Positions 10,068 to 18,300 of a stretch of DNA of 64,000 nt are shown piece after piece. The notes beneath the pieces are model-generated. The model did no database searches, was not told where the DNA came from, and worked only from the letters and a program-made list of their open reading frames with translations. This DNA is from a virus. Taxonomy: Duplodnaviria > Heunggongvirae > Uroviricota > Caudoviricetes. The stretch lies in the IMG/VR virus record IMGVR_UViG_3300042346_001601; one strand, given 5' to 3'. The position numbers and the translations under genes are program-made. Positions within the stretch are counted from its first letter, which is position 1; each line of letters starts with the position of its first letter.

Positions 10068-10994
10068 TCATGGGAGAATGAAAGGAAAATCTCTGAGGTA
10101 GGCTAAGAGAGCAAGTTCTTTCATTTTGACCTCGAATTCTATATCTATCTCTAATCCGTAATGAGCCACACTTTCATAGATCCAATCTGAGTGGGCAACC
10201 TCTCTTGCCTGGGCATCTTCGTACTTCTTTTTGGAAGAAGAGAAGTGAACTACGGGCACTGTTCCAGCCGGCCAGGTAGAGAAGCAGAGCTTAAGGGCTT
10301 CTTCTTCGGAGAGAGCAGAGGGGTGACATTGATTATGAAGAAAGTCGAAGGTAATGGGAATCCCTACTCTCTGATGAACCAGCCTAAAAAGATCCTCGGC
10401 GTGAAAGCCAGACTTCTTGTCATCCACCTCCACTACCAATCTTTTTCTGACATTAGGAGGAGTGAGCTCTACCTGTCGGCAGAATCTCTCTGCTGCTTCT
10501 TCTTTCGTAGGCTGGGAAGTGTTGACGTGGATGTTAATGGGGTAGAAATATGACTGATCTAAACCCATCAAATCCATAATTTCTGCGTGTTGCCTAAGAT
10601 CTTTTTGGGCAGCCCGAACCACTGAGTCTTGTTTGGATGCCAGAACTGCGAAGTGGGAAGGGTGGAAAGTTAGTCTTTGATCCCCCATTTTGGCCTCTTC
10701 TCCCGCCATTTGCAAAAAAGATTTGATCTCGGCAAACCCAGGTAGATCTGAAAACTCGTATTCACTACACCAGGGAAAAATATCAGAGGACATTCGATAC
10801 ATTCTTACCCCCTGCTGATTGTTCCATTTAATGATTTGAATTAGATCTCTGCAATTGGCCAAAGCCAGTTCAGACACATAGTCCAGTCCTTTGGCCAGAA
10901 ATGTTTTTTTCACCATTGACCTGTTGGTGGTAATCCGGGGTTGGCCCTGAGTTTCACCCAGAGTTAGATTGATGCAGCAGTAGCCGTGTCTCAA
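10068..10994 (-). CDS. uvsE: UV DNA damage endonuclease (UvsE/Uve1 family)
   Basis: GYCCIN, RMYRMSSDIFP, RLTFHPSHF, NIHV, ITFDFLHN, AHSD, EFEVKMKE motifs. Confidence 0.92.
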   Translation of the reverse strand: MRHGYCCINLTLGETQGQPRITTNRSMVKKTFLAKGLDYVSELALANCRDLIQIIKWNNQQGVRMYRMSSDIFPWCSEYEFSDLPGFAEIKSFLQMAGEEAKMGDQRLTFHPSHFAVLASKQDSVVRAAQKDLRQHAEIMDLMGLDQSYFYPINIHVNTSQPTKEEAAERFCRQVELTPPNVRKRLVVEVDDKKSGFHAEDLFRLVHQRVGIPITFDFLHNQCHPSALSEEEALKLCFSTWPAGTVPVVHFSSSKKKYEDAQAREVAHSDWIYESVAHYGLEIDIEFEVKMKELALLAYLRDFPFILP

Positions 10995-11005
10995 GATAGA
11001 AGGTT

Positions 11006-12793
11006 TTAGATTTTATTTTGCAACCAGTTCTTACGAAGCTCTGAAGAATTACCGAAAGCCATTTCGAGCATTTGTTTAGATTTCTTATCTCCCACAATGG
11101 CAACTATTCTTTTATTTTTCATGACATAATCCCAATCGTCCAAAGATAGAGAACCTAAACCTTTAAGATATCTGATGTTGGACATTTTCTTCTTGGAGCT
11201 AGCCTCTTTATACTCCGCCAGAGAATAGAAATACTCTTTCTGCTTGTCACCAGAGGTAACCAAGGGTGTTTCTAGAATATAAAGCATACGTTTGGCAATA
11301 ACCCAGGGAAACCAGTTGTGAAAGAGGGAGATGAGAAGGGAAGTAATGTGGGATCCATCAGGATCCTGATCGGTGGCGATAATGATTTTTTGGTAGGGGC
11401 ATTGGCCTGAGTCTAATCCTGGGTCCAGATTCAGGATGTGCATCAATTCCAATATCTCTTTGTTATCTGAGAGGTCGGACAGATTTCTGGCGTTTTTGAT
11501 CTTGCCTTTCAGTGCATAAACACCGTCCCGGGCAGGGCTTCTTTTCTGAAGAATACTGCCCATGGCCGATAGACCTTCAACAATAAAAATATTTTCTGCT
11601 ACTCTAGAGTTAGGCGGAAAATACTTATGAGAGAATTTGATATTAATTGATTTTTTCTCTTTCCTGATTTTTTTGAGGGCCGTGTCTTTTTTTCTTTCTT
11701 CAACCTTATCTCTGATTTTTTTGAAAAGAGGTGTGGAAAAAAATTTTTTGATTTGAGGTTCAAACGAATCAGTAATAAGCCTTTCAATCTCTTCCCGCTT
11801 TGTCACATATTTGGTTTTGTTCTGGTCCCCGAACTTTACTAAGGCGGGGGGTAGGTTCAGAATTAAGCAAAAATCGTAGAAGTGATGACCCAAAGAATCC
11901 TCGAGTTCTCCGTTGATGAGATCCAGAATAATCTTCTGGTGGATCCCTGTACACATGGCACTGTTTACAAAAGCTAACGACCCCGAATTCTCCGTTTTTT
12001 CCCAGATTAAAATTTCCCCCAGTGAATTCTTATAAGATAACTGGTGGAGAACATCGGTTGTAATATAAATTCTTTCGGGTCCCCAGTGAAACTCAATGTC
12101 GATTTTTCGGGTGTGAGCTTCAGATTCTAAGACTCTTTTCTTCAGAATCAGGATGGAATGAAGAATTTGGCGATCCCATCGGCACCCATCAAAAATTGTT
12201 TCTAAAGGCACAAAAGACACTGAAGTACCTAATTCTTCCGTCTGCCTGGGCAGAACCTCAGGTTTGCTGGATTTAAAATTCTTCCATTCCTGACGGTAGG
12301 ATTCTTTAGTGTTAGTGGTGTGAATTGAAAAGAAAGATGACAGAGCATTGACTAAACTAACCCCCATTCCGTTGGTACCAATCAGAGTTTCAGAGGTGCC
12401 CTCATTGTCAAAATTAGAACCAGCTCTGAGCATAGAAACAGCAGTCTGGATGTTGCTCATTTTGCTCTTTTCGTTAATTTGAGATCCATCAACAAAACCT
12501 CCTCCGCTGTCAGTAATAGTCACTGAGTTTCGAATTGGATCCACAAAAACTTTTATCCAGGGCATGGATTTTTTCATGCGTTTGGCTTCATCCACACAGT
12601 TGGAAAAGACTTCGTCAAAGAGTTTGTACATCCCAACTGAAATTTGTTTAGGGACCAGACAAATTTTATCGCTTTCTACCGAAGGAATCATTTCCTCCGA
12701 TAACTTAACGGAGCCAACGTAGATAGTAGGCCTTTTTAATATGTGCTCGAAGTCGCTAAGGACCTGGATTTTTTTGCTGGGTTGGATAGTCAT
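11006..12793 (-). CDS. gp39: type II DNA topoisomerase, GyrB-like ATPase plus TOPRIM subunit (gp39+60-like)
   Basis: EVFSNCVDE, AGSNF, GTNGMG GHKL motifs; IVEGLSA, LKGKI, ATDQDPDGSHI, YLKGLGS. Confidence 0.93.
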   Translation of the reverse strand: MTIQPSKKIQVLSDFEHILKRPTIYVGSVKLSEEMIPSVESDKICLVPKQISVGMYKLFDEVFSNCVDEAKRMKKSMPWIKVFVDPIRNSVTITDSGGGFVDGSQINEKSKMSNIQTAVSMLRAGSNFDNEGTSETLIGTNGMGVSLVNALSSFFSIHTTNTKESYRQEWKNFKSSKPEVLPRQTEELGTSVSFVPLETIFDGCRWDRQILHSILILKKRVLESEAHTRKIDIEFHWGPERIYITTDVLHQLSYKNSLGEILIWEKTENSGSLAFVNSAMCTGIHQKIILDLINGELEDSLGHHFYDFCLILNLPPALVKFGDQNKTKYVTKREEIERLITDSFEPQIKKFFSTPLFKKIRDKVEERKKDTALKKIRKEKKSINIKFSHKYFPPNSRVAENIFIVEGLSAMGSILQKRSPARDGVYALKGKIKNARNLSDLSDNKEILELMHILNLDPGLDSGQCPYQKIIIATDQDPDGSHITSLLISLFHNWFPWVIAKRMLYILETPLVTSGDKQKEYFYSLAEYKEASSKKKMSNIRYLKGLGSLSLDDWDYVMKNKRIVAIVGDKKSKQMLEMAFGNSSELRKNWLQNKI

Positions 12794-12892
12794 GGTGTAG
12801 AAGTGTAAATGTAAAACATAAATGCAATTGAAAGTCTTCTATGACAGAATTTTTTAAGGTTTCGAGGTGGTGCTATTCAGGGAGGTATAACA

Positions 12893-12900
12893 GATATATA
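12893..12900 (+). promoter_or_regulatory. GATATATA box
   Basis: 4 nt before GTG 12905. Confidence 0.65.
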
Positions 12901-12904
12901 AGGC

Positions 12905-13888
12905 GTGAAACACCTCCAATCCTTTTCCCTGTTCGAAGCTCGGAAGACTTCAGATCTGACCCAAAAGCAAAAGACTTTCCTGACCAAATACACGCAAGGG
13001 ACCTGGTCGGTCAACCGACAGACCGGTCTGGTCGATGTGGAAGGAGATTTTGACTGTAGTTACAGCGGACTGAGGTCTCTATCGGGCATCTCGTTCGGAC
13101 ATGTCAGTGGGAATTTCTCCTGTGCCGGCAACGATCTGACCTCCCTGGCCGGGGCACCCCAGACGGTGGGTGGGTATTTCTCCTGCGACAACAACCAGCT
13201 GACCTCCCTGGTCGGGGCACCCCAGACGGTGTGTGGGAGTTTCTTCTGTCAAGGCAACCATCTGACCTCCCTGGCAGGGGCACCTCAGACGGTGGGTGGG
13301 GTTTTCGACTGTTCCGGCAACCAGCTGACGACCCTGGCCGGGGCACCTCAGAAGGTAAATAGGAGTTTCGGCTGTTCCGGCAATCGACTGATCTCTCTGG
13401 CCGGGGCACCTCAGACGGTGGGTGGGAATTTCTACTGCGACAACAACCAGCTGACCTCCCTGGTCGGGGCACCTCAGACGGTGGGTCGGGATTTCTGGTG
13501 TTCCCACAACCGGCTGACGACCCTGGTCGGGGCACCTCAGACGGTGGGTGGGTATTTCTTCTGCGACTCTTTCAAACTCCGGAGTGGGGAATGGAATCCC
13601 CAGGGCTGGTTGGCCATTCTGGCCACTGGAGATAGAAAAGCCCGGAGGCTGATTGTGACCCTGCCCATGTTCGATGCCGGCTTCTGGCTGCAGAAACTGA
13701 AGGGAGACTTGAAGAAAGACGGTCAGGTGCTTCTGCAGCTGGCAGACCTCTGGGATAAGTCAGGCTGGGAGGAGCAGAGACAGGAGATCGAACAGAGACT
13801 CAGTCCTGAGCAGCTTCGGGTCATCAAGGCCCTAAAGACCAAATTGGGCTACGTCAATCCCTGGAAAGACTTTGACGGGATTGTCTAG
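12905..13888 (+). CDS. leucine-rich-repeat protein, array copy 1 (8 variable segments)
   Basis: 21-aa repeat GGxFxCxxNQLTSLxGAPQTV; GTG start; conserved N-cap (MKHLQSFSLFEARK) and helical C-cap. Confidence 0.88.
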   Translation: MKHLQSFSLFEARKTSDLTQKQKTFLTKYTQGTWSVNRQTGLVDVEGDFDCSYSGLRSLSGISFGHVSGNFSCAGNDLTSLAGAPQTVGGYFSCDNNQLTSLVGAPQTVCGSFFCQGNHLTSLAGAPQTVGGVFDCSGNQLTTLAGAPQKVNRSFGCSGNRLISLAGAPQTVGGNFYCDNNQLTSLVGAPQTVGRDFWCSHNRLTTLVGAPQTVGGYFFCDSFKLRSGEWNPQGWLAILATGDRKARRLIVTLPMFDAGFWLQKLKGDLKKDGQVLLQLADLWDKSGWEEQRQEIEQRLSPEQLRVIKALKTKLGYVNPWKDFDGIV

Positions 13889-13889
13889 A

Positions 13890-13897
13890 GATATATA
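13890..13897 (+). promoter_or_regulatory. GATATATA box
   Basis: 4 nt before GTG 13902. Confidence 0.65.
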
Positions 13898-13901
13898 AGG
13901 C

Positions 13902-14684
13902 GTGAAACACCTCCAATCCTTTTCCCTGTTCGAAGCCCGGAAGACTTCAGGCCTGACCCAAAAGCAAAAGACTTTCCTGACCAAATACACGCAAGGGACC
14001 TGGTCGGTCAACCAGCAGACCGGTCTGGTCGATGTGAAAGGAGATTTTGACTGTAGTTACAAAAGACTGAAGTCTCTGCGGGGAATCTCGTTCGGACATG
14101 TCAGTGGGGATTTCTGGTGTTTCAGAAACCAGCTGACGACCCTGGCCGGGGCACCCCAGACGGTGGGTGGGAGTTTCTTCTGTGGCGGCAACCAGCTGAA
14201 GACCCTGGCCGGGGCACCCCAGACGGTGGGTGGGGATTTCTACTGTCAAGGCAACCAGCTGACTTCCCTGGTCGGGGCACCCCAGACGGTAAATGGGGAT
14301 TTCTACTGTTTCAGAAACCAGCTGACGACCCTGGCCGGGGCACCCCAGACGGTGAGGGAGGGTTTCTACTGCGACTCTTTCGAAGTCCGAAGTGGGAAAT
14401 GGAATCCCCAGGGCTGGACCGAGATTCTGGCCAAAAAAAATAGCAAAGCCCGGAGCCTGATTGTGATCCTGTTCGATGCCGGCTTCTGGCTGCAGAAACT
14501 GAAGGGAGATCTGAAGAAAGACGGCCAGGTGCTCCTGCAGCTGGCAGACCTCTGGGATGAACCAGGCTGGGAGGAGCAGAGACAGAAGATCGAACAGAGA
14601 CTCAGTCCTGAGCAGCTTCGGGTCATCAAGGCCCTAAAGACCAAATTGGGCTACGTCGATCCCTGGAAGGACGGGATTGTCTAG
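13902..14684 (+). CDS. leucine-rich-repeat protein, array copy 2 (5 variable segments)
   Basis: same caps and 21-aa repeat as copy 1. Confidence 0.88.
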   Translation: MKHLQSFSLFEARKTSGLTQKQKTFLTKYTQGTWSVNQQTGLVDVKGDFDCSYKRLKSLRGISFGHVSGDFWCFRNQLTTLAGAPQTVGGSFFCGGNQLKTLAGAPQTVGGDFYCQGNQLTSLVGAPQTVNGDFYCFRNQLTTLAGAPQTVREGFYCDSFEVRSGKWNPQGWTEILAKKNSKARSLIVILFDAGFWLQKLKGDLKKDGQVLLQLADLWDEPGWEEQRQKIEQRLSPEQLRVIKALKTKLGYVDPWKDGIV

Positions 14685-14685
14685 A

Positions 14686-14693
14686 GATATATA
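14686..14693 (+). promoter_or_regulatory. GATATATA box
   Basis: 5 nt before GTG 14699. Confidence 0.65.
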
Positions 14694-14698
14694 AGGGC

Positions 14699-15802
14699 GT
14701 GAAACACCTCCAATCCTTTTCCCTGTTCGAAGCCCGGAAGACTTCAGATCTGACCCAAAAGCAAAAGACTTTCCTGACCAAATACACGCAAGGGACCTGG
14801 TCGGTCAACCCAGAGACAGGGCTAGTGGATGTAAAGGGAAGTTTTGCTTGTGGGGGTAAAAGATTAAAGAGCTTACAGGGCATCTCGTTCGGACATGTCA
14901 GTGGGAATTTCTACTGTTCCGTCAACCAGCTGACCTCCCTGGCAGGGGCACCCCAGAAGGTGAGTGGGGATTTCTCCTGTTTCAGAAACCAGCTGACCTC
15001 TCTGGTCGGGGCACCTCAGACGGTGGATGGGCATTTTTACTGTGGCGGCAACCGGCTGACGACCCTGGTCGGGGCACCCCAGACGGTGGATGGGGATTTA
15101 GACTGTTCCTACAACCAGCTGACGACCCTGGCCGGGGCACCTCAGACGATGGATGGGCATTTCTTCTGTTCCTACAACCAGCTGACGACCCTGGTCGGGG
15201 CACCTCAGACGGTGGGTGGGTATTTCTCCTGTTCCAGAAACCAGCTGACCTCCCTGTCAGGGGCACCCCAGAAGGTGGGTGGGAATTTCTCCTGTTCCGG
15301 CAACCAGCTGACCTCCCTGGCAGGGGCACCCCAGACGGTGGATGGGTATTTCTCCTGTTCCTACAACCAGCTGACGACCCTGGCCGGGGCACCTCAGACG
15401 GTGGGTGGGAATTTCTACTGCGACAATAACCGGCTGACCTCCCTGGTCGGGGCACCACAGACGGTGGGTGGGATTCTCCGGTGCGACTCTTTCACACTCC
15501 AAAGTGGGGCATGGAATCCCCTGGGCTGGACCAAGATTCTGGCCACTGGAGATAGCGAAGCCCGGAGCCTGATTGTGACCCTGCCCATGTTCGATGCCGG
15601 CTTCTGGCTGCAGAAACTGAAGGGAGACCTGAAGAAAGACGGCCAGGTGCTCCTGCAGCTGGCAGACCTCTGGGATAAGTCAGGCTGGGAGGAGCAGAGA
15701 CAGGAGATCGAACAGAGACTCAGTCCTGAGCAGCTTCGGGTCATTAAGGCCCTGAAGACCAAATTGGGCTACGTCGATCCCTGGAAGGACGGGATTGTCT
15801 AG
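14699..15802 (+). CDS. leucine-rich-repeat protein, array copy 3 (10 variable segments)
   Basis: same caps and 21-aa repeat as copy 1. Confidence 0.88.
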   Translation: MKHLQSFSLFEARKTSDLTQKQKTFLTKYTQGTWSVNPETGLVDVKGSFACGGKRLKSLQGISFGHVSGNFYCSVNQLTSLAGAPQKVSGDFSCFRNQLTSLVGAPQTVDGHFYCGGNRLTTLVGAPQTVDGDLDCSYNQLTTLAGAPQTMDGHFFCSYNQLTTLVGAPQTVGGYFSCSRNQLTSLSGAPQKVGGNFSCSGNQLTSLAGAPQTVDGYFSCSYNQLTTLAGAPQTVGGNFYCDNNRLTSLVGAPQTVGGILRCDSFTLQSGAWNPLGWTKILATGDSEARSLIVTLPMFDAGFWLQKLKGDLKKDGQVLLQLADLWDKSGWEEQRQEIEQRLSPEQLRVIKALKTKLGYVDPWKDGIV

Positions 15803-15833
15803 AGATATAACATAGGTAAAGTATATATAGATA

Positions 15834-16715
15834 ATGAAAGAAAAAATAAGAAGGATTCAAAACTTCAGAGATTTTAGCAACTTGAATAGTTCCTTTAATT
15901 TAGATTTAGTTCTGGAAAAAATGGGTCGAAGAAGCCCAGTTGAATTGGCAAATTTACTGGAAAAATCCATCAAAGGTCTAGGAACGGACGAAGAACTGTT
16001 GCTGAAAACTTTATTAGAAATTCCTGATTTGAAAACTCTGGGGGAAATTGATGCCATTTTTGCTAAATTTCCAGCCGTTTATTCATATAGAAGTGTTGGA
16101 TCCCTTATTAATTCCGAGTTAGGTTTTTTTGATCAGAAAATAATCGATGAAATAAAAAAACACACGGATCAATTGAAAGTCACAAATGACTTCTTACAAA
16201 AACAAGAAGAATCTCGTTTGAAGGACGAAAAAGTTAGAAGAACCGCGGAAGAAAGCATTAAATTGCACGAGGGTATTAAATATCAAATTTACCGGGACTC
16301 TAGAAAAAATCTATCAATTGGAATTGGAATGAATCTAGAAAGATCGGATGCAGATACCAGGTTAAAGGAAATTGGGGCCAATCCAAAATTAATCAGGTCG
16401 GGAAAAGAGAAATTGAATGACAGTCAAATTCAGATTCTGTTTAAAAAAGACGTGGATAAAGCTATCGAAGATGCCAAATCTCTGGTTCCTGATTTGGGTC
16501 AACAGCCCTTACCGGTACAATGTGTTTTGATAGAAATGGCATTCAACCTCGGAAAGTCGGGCCTGTCCGAATTCAAAAAATTCTTATCTCACATCCAAAA
16601 CATGAATTACAAATTGGCTTCCCAAGAGATGCTCAATTCAACCTGGGCCAAGCAAGTGGGGAACAGAGCAAAAGAGCTGGCCAAAAGAATTGAAACTTAC
16701 GAAGTAAAAAAATAA
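15834..16715 (+). CDS. annexin-like repeat fused to a T4-type (GH24-like) lysozyme
   Basis: N-terminal LANLLEKSIKGLGTDEELL (annexin-like); C-terminal HEGIKYQIYRDSRKNLSIGIG (E-x8-D-x5-S), LIEMAFNLG, STWAKQVGNRA. Confidence 0.75.
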   Translation: MKEKIRRIQNFRDFSNLNSSFNLDLVLEKMGRRSPVELANLLEKSIKGLGTDEELLLKTLLEIPDLKTLGEIDAIFAKFPAVYSYRSVGSLINSELGFFDQKIIDEIKKHTDQLKVTNDFLQKQEESRLKDEKVRRTAEESIKLHEGIKYQIYRDSRKNLSIGIGMNLERSDADTRLKEIGANPKLIRSGKEKLNDSQIQILFKKDVDKAIEDAKSLVPDLGQQPLPVQCVLIEMAFNLGKSGLSEFKKFLSHIQNMNYKLASQEMLNSTWAKQVGNRAKELAKRIETYEVKK

Positions 16716-16723
16716 AAAAAAAA

Positions 16724-17287
16724 ATGAAAATACTGAACTTCGGAGAATTTAGGGATCAGATCAGTGAAAATCTGCAATATCACCTCCAAAATGATCTGAC
16801 TCTAGCCACTAGCGTCTTTAGAATTGGCTCCGAAGCCTGGTACGGGGTAATAGATGAGACTAGACGCCTTTGGGAATCAAATTCGATTGAATTAGACGAC
16901 GACGACACTTTTTTGATTAGCACCGAACTGGGCCGAAGGGGAATCTTTGAAGGGAAAGAGGTGTGGCTGGATTTACCTCTCCCTGAAGAGGATCTGCACG
17001 AGGCAGAATATAAGGGCAGGAAGGTTTCTCTGAACAAACCTTTCAGAACCCCGGGTGCTCCTAGAAAATTTGGGGTTTACACTAAAAACGAGTCTGGTAA
17101 CGTCGTTCTAGTTAGATTCGGCCAGCCAGGTATGAGAATAAGAAATGACGATCCTCAGAGATCAAAATCTTTTAGAGCAAGACACAATTGTGATAACCCA
17201 GGTCCCAAATGGAAAGCCAGATACTGGTCCTGTAACGTGTCAAGATACAGAAAACTACTGGGCATTAAATCTTCAAGTCCATGGTAG
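16724..17287 (+). CDS. conserved T4-like phage protein (DUF6321-like)
   Basis: KVSLNKPF...KFGVY...VRFGQPG...SFRARHNC...ARYWSC; N-terminal ILNFGEF motif. Confidence 0.6.
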   Translation: MKILNFGEFRDQISENLQYHLQNDLTLATSVFRIGSEAWYGVIDETRRLWESNSIELDDDDTFLISTELGRRGIFEGKEVWLDLPLPEEDLHEAEYKGRKVSLNKPFRTPGAPRKFGVYTKNESGNVVLVRFGQPGMRIRNDDPQRSKSFRARHNCDNPGPKWKARYWSCNVSRYRKLLGIKSSSPW

Positions 17288-17586
17288 AGTCTAGACCTTT
17301 TTCAGAAAAACAGATCGAGGAAAGCACCTACGAAAGATTCTTTTCTGCTAAAACAGACAGATCCGAACTTCATTGGCACATTGATCTAGAAGATCGATTG
17401 GTGAGGGCTCTCGAAGAAAACGACTGGTTGATTCAGTTGGACAACGATCTACCTCGGGAAATAGGGGAGCACGAATTACTTATTCCCCAAGGCGTGTGGC
17501 ACAGACTGATTCAGGGAACTTCCGATCTCAGGATCTCGGTCAAGAAACTGAATCGGAATTTGACGTCATTAGAGTCTGAATCCTGA
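17281..17586 (+). CDS. cupin-like small protein
   Basis: LHWHIDLEDR and IPQGVWHRLIQG cupin-type His motifs. Confidence 0.55.
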   Translation: MVESRPFSEKQIEESTYERFFSAKTDRSELHWHIDLEDRLVRALEENDWLIQLDNDLPREIGEHELLIPQGVWHRLIQGTSDLRISVKKLNRNLTSLESES

Positions 17587-17956
17587 TTCTAGCTCTTTCT
17601 GAAATAGGGATCGAATTACCGTCCTCGTCTATTCTAACAAATCTGATGTGGGTTCTTAGAATTAATCTCTGCTCACCCGTATAAACATTGTGGGCTCTAG
17701 CTTCAACATAGAGAGTGATAGAGGAGTTTCCTATTTGTGATGGCAGCCCGTAAATTTTAAGCAACTGACCTTCTCGAGCTGGTTTTTCAAAGAAGCACTT
17801 ATCAATGGAGACAGTCACCATTCGGGGAGTGTCGCACAACTGCATGGCGTATCCAGCAGCAGCAGCATCTATCCACTTCAGGAGCTGACCTCCGAACAAA
17901 TTACCGTGAAATCCTAGATCTGATTTTTTTACTGGGTACATGGAAAGCATTTCCAT
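17540..17956 (-). CDS. acyl-CoA thioesterase (HotDog fold, YciA-like)
   Basis: DLGFHGNLFGGQLLKWID motif, FVRIDEDG; ATG at 17956 preferred. Confidence 0.85.
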   Translation of the reverse strand: MEMLSMYPVKKSDLGFHGNLFGGQLLKWIDAAAAGYAMQLCDTPRMVTVSIDKCFFEKPAREGQLLKIYGLPSQIGNSSITLYVEARAHNVYTGEQRLILRTHIRFVRIDEDGNSIPISERARIRIQTLMTSNSDSVS

Positions 17957-17979
17957 GCTATGTAAAATCTTATCCTGCA

Positions 17980-18294
17980 TCAAAAAAGGAGCCAGACCAA
18001 ATTAATCGCGGTAAACTTAGGATCAAAACCAAAAGCCACCTGTAGAACTACAAGGGATGACAAAATAACAATTCTTTTTTTGTTTAAAAATTTTTCTTTT
18101 TTAGGTTGCATATTTATATTCTTAGAAAAAATAGAATCGGACGGGACTAATGAACTTGAAGAAATAGTATATGCTAAAAGAGAATCCTCATTCTCTATAG
18201 GATTAACAATTTCGCAAGAATCTACCGATTGTGCATTCGCCGAAAACACACAAGTGAACGCCAATAGGAATAAAGTCACTACAATTTTTTTCAT
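17980..18294 (-). CDS. hypothetical membrane/secreted protein
   Basis: signal-peptide-like N-terminus (MKKIVVTLFLLAF) and hydrophobic C-terminus. Confidence 0.55.
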   Translation of the reverse strand: MKKIVVTLFLLAFTCVFSANAQSVDSCEIVNPIENEDSLLAYTISSSSLVPSDSIFSKNINMQPKKEKFLNKKRIVILSSLVVLQVAFGFDPKFTAINLVWLLF

Positions 18295-18300
18295 AATTTT

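Larger units (their letters stand above)
12893..15810 (+). repeat. triple tandem duplication of promoter box plus LRR gene, each with internal 63-bp repeats
   Basis: GATATATAAGG(G)CGTGAAACACCTCCAATCC recurs at 12893, 13890, 14686; Cys codons at 13121, 13184, 13247 are 63 bp apart. Confidence 0.95.

Noticed and set aside
13100-15500. 63-bp periodic repeats as a CRISPR array or non-coding repeat locus
   Set aside because: In frame within intact ORFs, no unique spacers of repeat length, no cas genes
13079-15762. Overlapping antisense and alternative-frame ORFs in the LRR array
   Set aside because: By-products of GC-rich 63-bp repeats lacking stops; no independent start signals
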